DNA of 64,000 bases from Folioceros fuciformis (GCA_049999805.1 JBNGIO010005480.1:1-64000); one strand, 5' to 3'. Shown: positions 11,513 through 24,659, counted from the first letter of the stretch. The notes: generated by a model from the sequence alone, not told the origin. Program-made: numbers and translations.

Positions 11513-13625
11513 TATGGAACGGAAAAGTTTGGTAATCGGTCTAGGAAAGTCTAACTTGGTTTCTTTTTGTTCAGAATAGTTCGAAGGGAGGCATGTGGAA
11601 GGTAGGTTTCTGGGCAAGTGCCCATGGTAGGTAGTGAGTGGCTAGTGAAGGTTTTTATGGAGTTTTTTTAGTTCTATTCTGGTAGGTTAGAATAAGACGA
11701 TACCTACATAGTAGGATGGCTACCTACGTACGTAGAGAGAGTACCTACGTGGGAAAATGGAAGAAACCTACGTAGGTAGGGAAGGTACTTATACAATAGA
11801 CACCCTACCTACGGCAATGGGGTAGGCTGTCTNNNNNNNNNNNNNNNNNNNNNNNNNNNNNNNNNNNNNNNNNNNNNNNNNNNNNNNNNNNNNNNNNNNN
11901 NNNNNNNNNNNNNNNNNNNNNNNNNNNNNNNNCAATGGGTGGGAATGGTAGGCAACCTACCTACGAGAGGAGGGGTAGGGAACCTACCTACGAGAGGAGG
12001 GGAAGGAATGGTAGGGACCCTACCTACGAAGGGAGCAATAGGTACCCTACCTACGGAGGGAACATTCCCACCCTACGTAGGGAAGGAGCTCAAGTTGAGG
12101 AACAAGGAGATCCCTCCCCTACCAAACTAGTAGGTGGTGGTAAAGGGATATCCCAAGAGATCCACACGGAGGAAGATACGGTGGAAGTTCGTGGATCCAA
12201 AGAAGACGAATCCCAATAATGGAGGGGGGCCCATTAGCTCAGTCTTCAGACTCTGCCTCCCTTCAGGAGCCCTCCTAGCCACACCTTTTTGAAAAGGGGT
12301 CAACGAATCTTCTATGGTGGCACCGACAGTCCTAATCTTCATCGGCGCGCACTGCCCTAGCAATTATTGGTAGGACTTAGCCCCTTGGTAGGTGTGTGCA
12401 GTTAAAGTTGGTGGCGCCTAGTGTGAGAGAACGGTAGCCCACCACCTACATGTAGGAGAGGGTTCATGTGTCGATCTCTCCTATAAGGAGGGGCTACACA
12501 AAGAAATGAACCACCACATTCTGCACTCTTCTCATGGTGAGTTTTCATGCTCAGCAGAGCGTAGGAATCTCGTTGCCGACTGTGTGCCATCACAGCGCCT
12601 AGTTGTGGCTAGAGTTGCCGTGGTCGAAGTGCTTGGCGGAGGCCTCATATTCTTCCACGGGCACCCCTGCAAGTTGCTTCCCTTGTGAATGGTTGTTGTG
12701 CTGCTGTAGGTGTGTGGCAATACCTATGTGGCTGTTGGCTTGAGGGTAGACTCCAAGGAAAGACTTCCTGGGAGTTATCACTAACAAGCGCAAGCACGCA
12801 GCAACTGGCCTAAGGAAAATCTTGTTGGTCATTGGACGTAGGGAGACGAGCAGTTGGATCGTTGTGGACGGTGTTGTGAGGAGACTTGTGAGGAAGGGGT
12901 GTTGGGTGTAGGGAGGTAGAAATCGGTAGGGGAAGGTACTAGAGCCCTTCCAAGTGAAGAAATGGTGCCTTTCTACCGACTGGATGTGTTGAAGGTACAC
13001 GCTGGGAAAGGTTGAATGTCGTCGGCGAACGATAAATAGAGTTGGAAGGAGCGGAGTAGGCTTGGAGGAAAACTTGTTGGTCGCTGGGCATAGGGAGACG
13101 AGCAACTAGATTGTGGGTAGAGGAAGGTGTTGTAGGGAGCCTTGTGAGGAAAAGGTATTGAGTGTAGGAAGGTAGAAATCTGTAGGGGAGGTACTGGGGC
13201 CCTTCCAAATGAAGGAATGGTGCCTACCTACTGACGCCACGTGTTGCAGGATTGGTAGGAACGTGATTGGAAGGAAGAAATCGGTAGGGGAGGTACTGGG
13301 GCCCTTCCAAGTGAAGGACTGGTGCCTACCTACTGACGAGACGTGTTGCAAGATTGGTAGGAACGTGATTGGAAAGTAGAAATCGGTAGGGGAGGTACTA
13401 GGGCCCTTCCAAGTGAAGGAATGATGCCTACCTATTAATGGGACGTGTCGCCAGATTGGTAGGTACGTGGTTAGAAGAGTTGACTAGTGTAGGGGAGCGA
13501 TAGACGTAGCTGACCAGGCTCAGAGGGGAGCGATTCCGGGGAAACCTACAACGACCGTGGGATTGATGTGCCCATGATACATGTGAGCGGGTTCCTGGTA
13601 GGGATACCACACCCGCTTGCCCACA
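11513..13625. mobile_element. Probable solo LTR (~2.1 kb including a 100-N gap) inserted in the copia integrase
   Basis: 5-bp duplication GTATG at 11508-11512 and 13626-13630. Ends TATGG...CCACA (decayed TGTGG/CCACA). Removing it restores DNGGEY-VSKAFQSFCDSKGI. No recognisable coding domain. TATA-like CCTATAAGGAG at ~12480. Confidence 0.8.
13174..13480. repeat. 102-bp tandem repeat, ~3 copies, inside the solo LTR
   Basis: AGAAATC.GTAGGGGAGGTACT.GGGCCCTTCCAA recurs at 13174, 13276 and 13378, with a related copy at ~12918. Shorter ACCTACCTACG repeats occur at 11700-12080. Confidence 0.9.
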
Positions 13626-15930
13626 GTATGTCTCGAAGGCTTTCCAGTCATTCTGTGATTCCAAGGGAATCAAGAGAGAATTGACGGCGCCGTATACTCC
13701 TCCCTAGAATGGTGTGGCTGAACGGATGAACTGGACCATCCAAGAGAGGATGCATAGTTTGTTGTCAAACTCTGGATTGCCTAACGGATTTTGGGCAGAA
13801 GCAGTGGTTACTACGGTGCATCTTATTAACAGATCTCCTAATAGGGCTGTGGATGAGCAGGTTCCAGAGGAGATGTGGTCAGGAAAGAAGTCGTCATACA
13901 AGCATCTACGAGTGTTTGGCTGCGAGGCATACTACCATGTTCCGAAGGAGTTTCGGGACAACTTGGCACCTAAGTCCAAGAAATGTATTTTTCTTGGCTA
14001 TGGTGAATCTGGTGAGATGGGATACTGTCTATGGGATTTGGAAGCCAAAAGGATGGTTTGCAGCAATGACGTGTTCTTCAATGAGACCAAGATGCACAAG
14101 AAACCTACTCCAACTGTGGAAGTGCGACGTGTGGTTTTTCAAGAAGATGGATTTGACCGTCCTGCGTAGGTTGAACGTCATGATGTGCAGGAACAAGTTC
14201 CTCCCCTTGTAGAAGAAGAGAGAGTACAACCATCTCCGGTTGAGACGCCAGTATTTCGTAGGTTAGGAAGGATCTCACGTCCTCCTAAGAGGTATGTTGC
14301 ATCTCTTGATTATGTCATGTTGATAGATTGTGGGGAGCCTTCTTGTTATCAAGAGGCCATGTCAATGACTGACAAGGACAAGTGGGAGAAGGCAATGCAA
14401 TCGTAGATGGATTCACTCCATAAGAACCAAACTTGGTAGTTGGTTCGGTTGCCTAGGGGCAAAAAGGTGTTGCCATGCAAATGAGTGTATAAGATGAAGG
14501 ACATACCTCATCATGGCAAACCCAAGTACAAGGTATGATTGGTTGCTAAGGGTTTTAAGCAACAGCAAGGTGTTGACTTTGATGAGATTTTCTCGCCAGT
14601 TGTCAAAATGACCACCTTGCGATGTGTTCTTGGTGTGGTTGCGAGGCACGACATGGAACTTGTCCAGATGGATGTGAAGTCGACATTTCTGCATGGTGAT
14701 CTCTAGGAAGAGGTATACATGCAGCAACCAGAGGGTTTCATTGAGAAGGGCAAAGAGAATTTGGTGTGCAAGTTAAAGAAGAGCCTTTATGGTTTGAAGC
14801 AGGCACCCAGAGAGTGGTATTTCAAGTTCCACTCATTTATGCTTTCTCAAGGCTACAAATGTAGCGATGAGGATCATTGCCTCTATACAAAGCAAGCTAA
14901 GGATGGAAGCTTGCTCATTCTAGTCCTTTATGTGGATGATATGCTAATTGCTCGGACTAACAGTGATGAGATTTCAGCGTTGAAGTCAAAGTTGAATGCT
15001 CGCTTTGACATGATAGACTTGGGAGAGGCAAGCCATATTCTTGGCATGCGTATTCGTTGAGACAGACACAAGGGTTTGCTTTACTTGTCTCAGATTGAGT
15101 ACATTAACAAGGTGCTTCAACGTTTCAATATGTAGAAGGGGAAGGTATTGAGTACTCTGTTGCCTCCATATGTGAAACTTTCAAGCAAGGATTGCCCAAG
15201 CTTTGCGGAGGACAAAGCTGAAATGGAGAAGGTTCCATACTCATCAGCTATAGGGAGTTTGATGTATGCAATGATTGCTACACGTCCTGACATGGCCTTT
15301 GTAGTGGGACTGGTTAGCAGGTTTATGTCAAACCCTAGCAAGAAGCATTGGGAGGCAGTGAAAGGAGTTATGAGGTACTTGAATGGTACGAAAGCTTTGT
15401 GCTTATGTTTTGGTAGTGAAGATGCGTCTGTAGAGGGATATACGGATGCTGATTATGCAGGGGATATGGACAAAAAGAGGTTCACATCAGGTTATATCTT
15501 CATGTGCCCTGGAGAGGCAGTCTCATGGCGATCTCGTTTGCAATCGTGCATAACGCTATCTACCACAGAGGCCAAGTATGTTGCAGTGACTGAGGCTTGC
15601 AAGGAAGCCTTGTGGCTTGCTCGTTTAGCGAGAGATTTGGGGATCAAGGTTGAGCTGCCAGTGTTGCATTGTGATAGCCAGCGTGCTATCCAATTGGCCA
15701 AGAATCTAGTGTTTCATGCGAAGACCAAACATGTGGAGGTGAAGTATCACTTCATTCAAAAGGTGTTGGAAGACAAGAGGGTACATCTTGTCAAAGTTCA
15801 CACTAGTCAGAACCCTGCAGATGTTCTTACCAAGAGGCTCTCTTCGGAGCAATTCGCATAAGCTCGGACACTCATGGGCATGAGGTAGACTGCTCTCCTA
15901 TGAAGGTAAATTGGCCTTTAAGGGGGAGGT

Positions 15931-16205
15931 TGTAGGGTTATTAAAGCCCAATGTGCTTAGACTAATTTGTTTAGTCTAAGATTAGTGTCTAGTTAAGTAC
16001 CATTAGTTTAGATTAGCTTAAGCTAATCTATAGGAAGCTTCTTGCGCAGCTTCATTTACGCTTCTTGTGAAACTTCCTAGGGAGCTCTTCTAGAGGGTAT
16101 AAATACCCCCTTGAGCTCCCTTGCTATTGAGACTCTATTGTAAGAGTGTGACCTCTCTTTCTCCTCCTCCTTGTCTCTCCTCCTTCACCATGTAGCGATC
16201 CTACA
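15931..16205 (+). repeat. 3' LTR (275 bp) of the plus-strand copia element
   Basis: TGTAGG...CCTACA inverted ends directly after the PPT. TATAAATA at ~16098. Confidence 0.88.
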
Positions 16206-17591
16206 CTTTTGCTACAAGCCAAAGGAAGAAGGATCCCCACAAACAACCACAAGAATCATACAAAAAGTTGAAAATGAAAAGGAGTAAACAATAAATTCAA
16301 AAAATACGACTTCTTTGTGATAAGGCATACTAGATTGAAGGACTTCTCCTTTTTATTTTTTGAAAACGTTAAAATTATGTTTAAATTTATGTGATAAATT
16401 AAAAATTAAAAATATATGATAAGTTACTGTATTTTAAAAAGATTAAAAAAATTTAAATTTCAAGCTTTCTTACAAAGTTTGTAGCCTTTGTGGGTAAACT
16501 TTTTGGTTTAAAATATATATATCTTCTTCATCTTAGCTTTTCTATCGTTTGTTTTATTGCAATTAAAACTTTGAAGAAGTAGTATGACCTTTGCTTTGAT
16601 ATAGTGAGAGATTTAATATATGCAATGGAAAATACGTTATAATATATATATATATTCTTGAAAAAGAGATGGAAAGTCTCATCTACTAAGGGCCAAAGGC
16701 CAAAAGGAGTAGCCCCTTTGAGCATCATTCTCAAAAACTGTAACATGCTCTCAAAATGTCATGATGCGGAATAACNNNNNNNNNNNNNNNNNNNNNNNNN
16801 NNNNNNNNNNNNNNNNNNNNNNNNNNNNNNNNNNNNNNNNNNNNNNNNNNNNNNNNNNNNNNNNNNNNNNNNNNNTCTCAAAAACTGTAACATGCTCTCA
16901 AAATGTCATGATGCGGAATAACTAAAGGCCTCTCTGCAATAGGTGTCGAAGAAGACTTGTAACGAAGAAGCCACTAAACGTGTAGTTGTTGCCGTTCTAA
17001 AAATTGTGTTAGCCAATGCTCTTAACAAACCAATGAATACGCTTTGACAACAGAAGGTCACCACCAAGGAAAGAATGCATATGCCCAATTCTGAGTATGT
17101 CATGCATATATAAATCTTATTTTTAATCTGCATATGATCAAGGAAATTATGTCCAGGCAATATTATCATTCAAATATTAAAAAGAAAACGAAAGGAAAGG
17201 AAAGAAAAAGGTCTAGAGTTCCCAAGGGCAATTGGCAAAGTTGAGAAGAGCATACTGCATTGTCTAAGAGCTATTTTGCACCCATTAAATTTATAAGACC
17301 CATTAGTTAAAGTAAATATAATAACTTTATATTAAAAGAAATAAATTTATACAAGTTTATTTATAAGTCAACATGTAGAAGCACTAGCTTTCCTTTGGCC
17401 CTTTCCTGGTTATTTCTATTTCTTTTTGAGGTGGTTCAGTTTTTTCACTTTTTGTCCAATAATTTCTATATTTTTCTATTCATACATGATCNNNNNNNNN
17501 NNNNNNNNNNNNNNNNNNNNNNNNNNNNNNNNNNNNNNNNNNNNNNNNNNNNNNNNNNNNNNNNNNNNNNNNNNNNNNNNNNNNNNNNNNN

Positions 17592-17720
17592 GTCATTACG
17601 CTTTGCCCAATGACAAATTGCTTCTCCTCCAAGAGGAGTCCCTAGTATTTTGAAAGCAATGTAATAAGGATTCGGATTTCAAGTATCTCCATAACACATA
17701 ACTAGAATGGTTATCTTAAG
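17592..17720 (-). pseudogene. Degenerate partial copy of the BURP gene 3' end
   Basis: Reads KITILVMCYGDT*NPNPYYIAFKILGTPLGGEAICHWAKRND and aligns to 17822-17948, with an in-frame stop. Abuts an N gap. Confidence 0.8.
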
Positions 17721-17788
17721 GTCTTTTAGCTCAAGTTAGGTAACCTATTGTATAACTTTACTACAACACATTAAAAATGAAACATAAC

Positions 17789-19115
17789 CTATTTGAAGTC
17801 AACATGAAGGATAAGTTGAATGTCATTAGGCTCTGCCCAATGACAAATTGCTTCCCCTCCTGGATGGGTTCCCAGTATTTTGAAAGCAAGATGATGAGGA
17901 TTCCAATTTGAAGTATCTCCATGACACATTGCTAGAGTGGTTATCTTACTGGAATTTGGACTTGAAGATTCCAAGATAATGGTATAAGGTCTAACTAAGT
18001 CCATACTATGACACAACTCAACTCTATATATGGAAAATGGAGAATGACAATTAGCAATAATCGTGTCGTAGTCAGTACCTTCCAATTCCACACTCGTAAC
18101 CGTGAAGTTACCATGTCCAAGAATTTGTTCACTAGATGGTGGCTTTATCGTGTTCAATGCCTCAATGCTGGTAATTGTACTTCCTGTAGGAACCAATGAG
18201 CTTATAAAGTCGATCATATCTTCAAATGATGTTATGCACTGTTTCTTTGCTATTGTAGAAGATGTCTTGGGATTCGGAGTAGAAGGCATTTGTTCACATA
18301 ACCTTGCTGTCTCACGCATAGCTCGTCCTAGCAAAGAGTTTGCTTCAACTTGTAATTTCTCTAAGATGTTGGGTAAGTTAGTTTCCGTGAGTTCTCCAAG
18401 CTGTGTGGTCATAGATCGAGGTAGAAATTGTCGTGGTGTGGCAACCAAATCTGACACAAATTTTGCAGTTGGTACTTGAAACGCTTTGGGCGTGCCTATA
18501 CTTGATATGAGGTCTTTTTCAAGAAACCAAACCAATTTTTCGTGGGCAGTAGGCTCTCCAATGAAAGCAGTTTTCGTGTCTATCGCATTTTGCACTAGAA
18601 CATTGTTATCAGCCTCACTTGTTCGATCGATATCAGGCCATGGGTAAGGACCGAGTTGATTAGCAGAATCAAGATTCGACAATGGAAAAGGACTAGTTGT
18701 ACTAGCCGGATCAATATCCGTCGATGGAGAACCATCCTCACTTGCCAAATTCACATCTTGACATAGGATGCCAGCTCTGGTGCAGAAGCTTAGAACCTTT
18801 GAGCTTGTTTCAAAGTCAAGCTTCAACTTATTTTGTTCCACGGCCGTTAATGGTGACATCAAATTTTGTAGCGCAGCAGGAATATTAATATAGGATAAAT
18901 GTTGATCCCAATAATATTTTCCAGGTATCAATTGCATGTCACCTACATTTAGCTTAGCACCGATAGCAAGCCAACACACCTGTAGAAAACAATATACATG
19001 TGTATTTTAGTAATCATAACACACAATATATATTAGTGTATAACAAAACGCATAGAAGATCTTAACTCACATTTAAAAAAAAGAATAGATAGAAAATGAA
19101 AACATGACATTCCAT
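17789..19115 (-). CDS. BURP-domain secreted protein (exons 19115-19071 and 18979-17789)
   Basis: Hydrophobic signal exon MECHVFIFYLFFFLN and an in-phase GT..AG intron 19070-18980. C-terminus has CITSFEDMIDF and four CH dipeptides, including CHGDTSNWNPHHLAFKILGTHPGGEAICHW. Confidence 0.9.
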
Positions 19116-20993
19116 GGAGGCCGATTTCCACCACACCATCCTGCAAGTTTAACCCCACACTCCATCAAAATATGATGATAAGATTAAATATGAAAATATT
19201 TTTAAAGCTAGTTTGAGCAGATCTACCTCGCTCTTCTACAGCTTAAAGCAAAATCTCAAACATTTGCGAAACTGAAAAGTAAAATGTTTTCTCATGACTT
19301 AAGTTGCAAAAATATGACGATAATAACCTTCATTTAATTCAATCTATCAACAACAAAAATCATGATTGGTAACACATGTGTTAAACTTTCAGCACTCATC
19401 TTACCAACAAAGAACTTGGTAAAGAATTTGAAAGACTACTTATTTAACACCCAAATGGACACTAAGTTTATGCATTTCAAATGTACTAAACATTTAAGTA
19501 TTTCTTACTTTATGGGTAGCAATGTGTAAGACATTATAGAGAAGAGAAGGTAATGAGAACTTGAACCTCTTGGTGAATTTTGAGATGAAAGATGTCAAAG
19601 AACACATGAACTTATATAGTTTGTCAACGTGAATGTAGACTTAAGTGTTGCCAACTCTTTGTGGAAGTATATTTTATGTTTTTTACCAATATTTTATAAG
19701 AAATAGATTCTGGTTGACCAAATTAATGTTAAAAATATATATATTAAATATATATAAATAATTTTTTAAATTAAATATAATTTTTTATATTATATTTAAT
19801 CTATCTTAATCTACTAACAACATCATCTTAATTACAATTCCATATTTTTGAGTCAAATATGCATCATGGTCATCATCAGCATGGACGGAACGTAGTGAGT
19901 GTAAGTTATTTATTGGCTTGGGAAGTTGGCTTGTCAAGTAGTTGACAATACTCATGTATATGTATATAGAAGTGCATCCCTTTTTCAAAACAGTTTAACA
20001 AAATGACATCATGAAATTGTAAATCATAAAAAGTTTACTGTTCTAGAGAAAACTGGGTTTATAGTTTAACTGTGTNNNNNNNNNNNNNNNNNNNNNNNNN
20101 NNNNNNNNNNNNNNNNNNNNNNNNNNNNNNNNNNNNNNNNNNNNNNNNNNNNNNNNNNNNNNNNNNNNNNNNNNNNNNNNNNNNNNNNNNNNNNNNNNNN
20201 NNNNNNNNNNNNNNNNNNNNNNNNNNNNNNNNNNNNNNNNNNNNNNNNNNNNNNNNNNNNNNNNNNNNNNNNNNNNNNNNNNNNNNNNNNNNNNNNNNNN
20301 NNNNNNNNNNNNNNNNNNNNNNNNNNNNNNNNNNNNNNNNNNNNNNNNNNNNNNNNNNNNNNNNNNNNNNNNNNNNNNNNNNNNNNNNNNNNNNNNNNNN
20401 NNNNNNNNNNNNNNNNNNNNNNNNNNNNNNNNNNNNNNNNNNNNNNNNNNNNNNNNNNNNNNNNNNNNNNNNNNNTGGACCGTGTTCCTTCGTCCACGAT
20501 CCGAACAAGATATAGGTTTTGGAGCGTAGCCTCTTCGAGATTAGGAACGTCAGAACCATCTTCCTCGGCATGGACATGCCACTCAACTTTTCCCTGAAGT
20601 CGCCAACAACAACTGCAGCAGCTGCACGCATGGACGCCACTGTACTTCACCTGAATTCCACTTCGAATGGTAAGCCTCACTGGAACACTCCGTGCTAATT
20701 ATTGCATGGAACGATTGTGACTTTCGGAGGAAAGCCCGTCATCTGGAGAACTGGACCACCTTAGTTGCCATGATTCGGGCGGAATGAGTGGGCAGAAACG
20801 CTCCAGATATTACTGTGGCTTCTTGCCCCGCGTTTGCTGAAGCAGGAGCTCCACGGTGCCATAGATCCATCTAGCCAGCCCCCCGAGAAGTTGTCAAAAC
20901 GATACGATAACGTGCATGACCTCCAGGCAGTGTCCACTCCCCAGGCTTGAGGCGGGCAGTCGTAACGAATGCCTGCAAAACACTCCCAACTTC

Positions 20994-21848
20994 TCATGTA
21001 TCTGGTACGGTGCAGCCGGAACTAGGAGGGGGAGGAGGCAGACTGTTGTCGCCCGTCGTTCCCTTCTTCTTATCTTCTTTGTCCTCCTTGTCCTTGTCTT
21101 TGTCCTCATCCTTGCCCTTGTCCTTACCCGGTGGCCGTGGAGGGGGCCGTAAAGGGGACATATACCCTTGGACATCAGGAGTTGGAGGTACAGGACACGG
21201 ATTGAAATCGTGCGCGATCGGGGGGGAGGGTGGCAGCCTCCGAGCGTTCCCTCGAGCATTCTCCTCCTTAAACGAGACTCCCCTCAAAAGCGAGTGGCCC
21301 CCTCTGGGAACGTCCTCCTCATACTCGTCACGATCATTCTGCAACTGTCCAGCCACCTGTGCCAGAACGAAACATCAGAGCCTGCAGGCAGAAAGAGCAA
21401 GGTACAAGCAGTCCAAAACAGTGTGTCCACTCCAGACACCTACCGGCGGCACTCCTAGCTGATCTGTAAGGGGAGCATCGGCTACTCCAAACTCCTCTGC
21501 ACAAAGCAGCACACCGCGTCATGAGAATGCAGCACGAATAGGTCACGCCTCCAGATCATCACCGACGGAACATTGTCCAGGGCACCATTCCTCCAGGCAG
21601 AAGCATCCGCCCATGACAAAGTACACACTAATCACAATGTACGCGTGCACACAGGAGTCACCAGTTCTATCTGCCAGACGGTGTTCACCAGTATAAAACT
21701 CATCCAAGATCCTTGCCCCATTCGATCCGCTGCAGCTCAGCAATACGAAGGCGAAAACCACGAGCGAAGCTCGCAACATCAGCGGAGGCCCCGAAGAGAC
21801 GAGCAGTTGCCGAAAATGCGGTCTCCGTCTGTGCCTACAGTACTCCAT
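20994..21848 (-). CDS. Putative secreted proline/charge-rich protein of unknown function (spliced; structure uncertain)
   Basis: Signal-peptide-like MLRASLVVFAFVLLSCSGSNGARIL, then a probable downstream exon (20994-21356) with RRLPPSPP, Pro runs and a KDKDKE tract. Splice phase between the pieces is not resolved. Confidence 0.45.
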
Positions 21849-22631
21849 CGTTCTTCCCCTGAGATCACCTCAGCAGCACCAGGGACAGGACGGATGAGCA
21901 GATCCCAGAGACCAAAGCCAGAGCTCGTGACGACAGTTGCAGCGACTGGACCCGGGCGGACCAAAGGCTGCTTCAGAACAAAGCGGTGGCTGAAGAGACG
22001 CGGCCCGCAGTGCGACACAGATTGCAGGGCCGGTGGTTATAGGGGGCTTGAAGAAGCAGGGAGCAGCGGCACGAATTTGCGCTACCTTGGCAAGGAGGCA
22101 AAGGATGGAGCACGACGAGTTGACCCCAGGGGGCATCCAGAGCGTTGCCTGCTGCCAGCGACAACTGTCATCCCCACGCTTGAATTTTTGCAAGCCCATG
22201 CCGGGCCCCTCTGTATCAAACTTTCCCGAAATAACTCCCGCGTTGAACAAAAAAAGGCCAAACGGCGCCACATAGGCCAATGCCTTCAATGCACAAGCCT
22301 ACAAGGCAAGAGGTGCGACTTGACATTGCACCGACGTGGGGAACAACTTGGCATTCTTGCCAGTTTCTCGGTAACCTGTTCCCTTCTTGACAAGGTCCAA
22401 GGTCCATCCCACAGTACTGTAGTCGAATAGAGTCAGTCCCAATACCTACGTAAATGAATACAACCTGGAAATAGTGTCCTCAACAAAATCTCGGAAGGTG
22501 CCATCGGCGCCTCCCACCGCCTGTTATCTGAACCTCCATCTTGACGCCGAGGCCCGTTCGATGCATGGACCTGAGCCTGTTTGAAGCATGGAGATGTTCC
22601 TAGATGATACTCAGGGCTCATCCTGCTTATC

Positions 22632-24238
22632 CTAGACGAGCAGTGGGAAAAGTTTGGCCACCTGCTCCAAAAGGATGCTGTCTGATGCGTTCTTCCTTGA
22701 TACTGGATGATTATGCTCGTTTTGCGGGAGCACTATCAGCTGCGAAGGATAACAAAGACAGTCATGAGAGAAATGGGATGACACTTTACGACGAAGTTCG
22801 CTATGGAAATGGTGGCAGGTCAGAAGCAGGAAACGTGGCGACCGACTGTACCTGCCCGGAATGGCCCTTCTCAAGAGGCCAGCCACGGTTCTCTAGAAAT
22901 TTGTCCAAGGAAACACCTTCAACGTTGATGGCCTGCACATTAATGGGAGATAGTAACCTCAAGTAGCAAAGCAACAGGCCTCAGAGACTGACTGCACATG
23001 GCAGTGAACACAAACCTCAGCGAGAATTTGCCGTGGTAGTCTTTGATATGTCAGAGATAAGACATGGATTGCAAACTGCTGAATGGCAGCCTCGAACCCT
23101 TCAGAGGAAATAGAGGCAACGGAAGTTGTGAGTGAGCGGCAGTGCAGTGCGGTACAGGAAGTAAGACAAAAAGAGCAAGGCAAGGCAGCCAGCCTTGAGT
23201 TTTCCCATTACCTGGAACAACTTCCAATATGTCCCTATTTCTGCTGGCTTCATCCCAGAATTCCCGAAACTTCGCAGTCTGAAGAGACGTGGGAAACATA
23301 AGGCTGTCAGTAAGGCTCAAGAAGGCTCGTGGTACACAACCAGACGCTTTTACACAAATCTTGTCAAACCTCCAGGAAATGTGCTAGTGTGGCAAGTGTC
23401 AGAAAAGGCTCCTCCATTTGCTGAGATTGTCGATTAAGGAAAGCGGACGGAGAACAGCAAAGAAACCACCACACAGTTACCATGGAGAACAGCACAGATG
23501 CCACCCATGCTCACTTCTCAAGCACCGAAGAAACGCATATGACGAAAAAACTTTTCGACACTTCGACAGGATACGAGTCGTTCAGGAATAAGGCACATGC
23601 ACAAGTTGAAGTCCGGGGATGGCAGAGCCATGAGGGCCTGAATCCGACACACGGTACATCGGATCACAACATGAGAAGCAGACAATAAATGAGCTCCATA
23701 CTCAGAGAGCAACATACCGGTCTGTTTGGCATTCGTAGTGGTCTACGAGTGCCAAACGATACCAGACCATTTCGGAAAGAGATAAAACCTCACCTTCACC
23801 AAAACTTTCGTGACGATGTGAACATTCAATCGAGATGGCTCAAACTGCAGCCAACCAGGGCATCAGAGAACTGCACCGGACCACATCTCAACCGCAAGGC
23901 CCCACGTACAAGAAACCAACCTGGTAGAAGCGTAAGAGGCAGAGATTCGCATCCAGGCTGTAGGCCTGCGTTGCAACCTGCATATTCAGACAGAAAATTA
24001 TATGCCACGCCGCTGAATTCGCAGTGACCTAAAATGGTTCATCACTGAACACGGCTTCGCGCAGTTCTAGATTGCACCTGGCAGACGTAGATGTCCCCTA
24101 AGGGAGCGCGTAAGAGGACAGCATTCTGGGCCCTACCTGTTCATGAACATAGTTCTCCAAATCCGGGACAATGTCGGGGTTGTAAGGATTCAGCTGCACA
24201 AGCTGCTCCACCGTGACATGCTGCTGAGCGCCTGGCAT
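22632..24238 (-). CDS. EIF3K: Eukaryotic translation initiation factor 3 subunit K (multi-exon)
   Basis: Exons read VEQLVQLNPYNPDIVPDLENYV, YSLDANLCLLRFYQFEP, ALMALPSPDFNLCMCLIPERL, FREFWDEA, FEAAIQQFAIHVLSLTYQ and QLIVLPQNEHNHP...FPLLV*, matching plant eIF3k. Confidence 0.95.
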
Positions 24239-24434
24239 GGTTCCTTCCGCTCCACAGTTGGCCCGACGCGACAGAATGGGGTGGAGAATAGCCGACTTGG
24301 AGCTGGAACCCAAAAAATAACAGAAAGGAACGACAAAGGCGAGCACAAAGTTGAAGTGCGAACTAGACTGTAGATTTCACAACCACATAAACTGCTTCCG
24401 CGCGATGATTCGTAGTCGAAGGGAAGGCACAAAG

Positions 24435-24450
24435 AAACCCTAGCTGGGCC
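24435..24450. promoter_or_regulatory. Telo-box plus site II element in the eIF3k/PPR divergent promoter
   Basis: AAACCCTAG (24435-24443) next to TGGGCC (24445-24450), a motif pair typical of plant translation-machinery promoters. Confidence 0.55.
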
Positions 24451-24659
24451 CTAAACACCGCAATGAGAGCAAAAAGCCCTTTCTACCAATGCATTTATCC
24501 ATCTTAAACCCTCAGGGAGAACGGGGTGATTGATGTGCTTGCACAATGCAGCCTTGCGAGTTCTAACACTAGATCTGATGATACGTGATGTTTGATAGCT
24601 TGCAGGGGCCGACCCTCCGGTTGATTATGAAACCGTTTTCGTGATGCACATTCAAGGCT

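Larger units (their letters stand above)
9253..16205 (+). mobile_element. Degenerate Ty1/copia LTR retrotransposon (Tnt1-like), 5' LTR missing, integrase interrupted
   Basis: GC-rich leader, then gag from 9751 (IEKVDGTNFPFWK), knuckle CYHCHKKSHIRRDC, protease WIIDSGASFH, WHSRLGH, integrase (FIDDFSRK; DNGGEY continuing VSKAF after the insert; AERMN), RT (YVDDML) and RNase H (YTDADYAGD) to ~15861. PPT AAGGGGGAGG precedes the 3' LTR. Confidence 0.95.

Noticed and set aside
16709-16922. Identical ~47-bp direct repeat on both sides of an N gap
   Set aside because: An exact duplicate abutting a gap is typical of an unmerged contig overlap.
16528-17169. Short hydrophobic - strand ORFs in the AT-rich zone
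   Set aside because: Hydrophobicity follows from T-richness, the region is gap-interrupted, and no known peptide motif is present.
20059-20680. ORFs spanning the 400-N gap
   Set aside because: Their length comes from Ns, and the real residues match nothing I recognise.
21573-22430. 285-aa + strand ORF, and antisense ORFs such as 27840-28445, 37207-37893 and 61614-62345
   Set aside because: No recognisable motifs; shadow ORFs are expected in GC-rich DNA opposite real genes.
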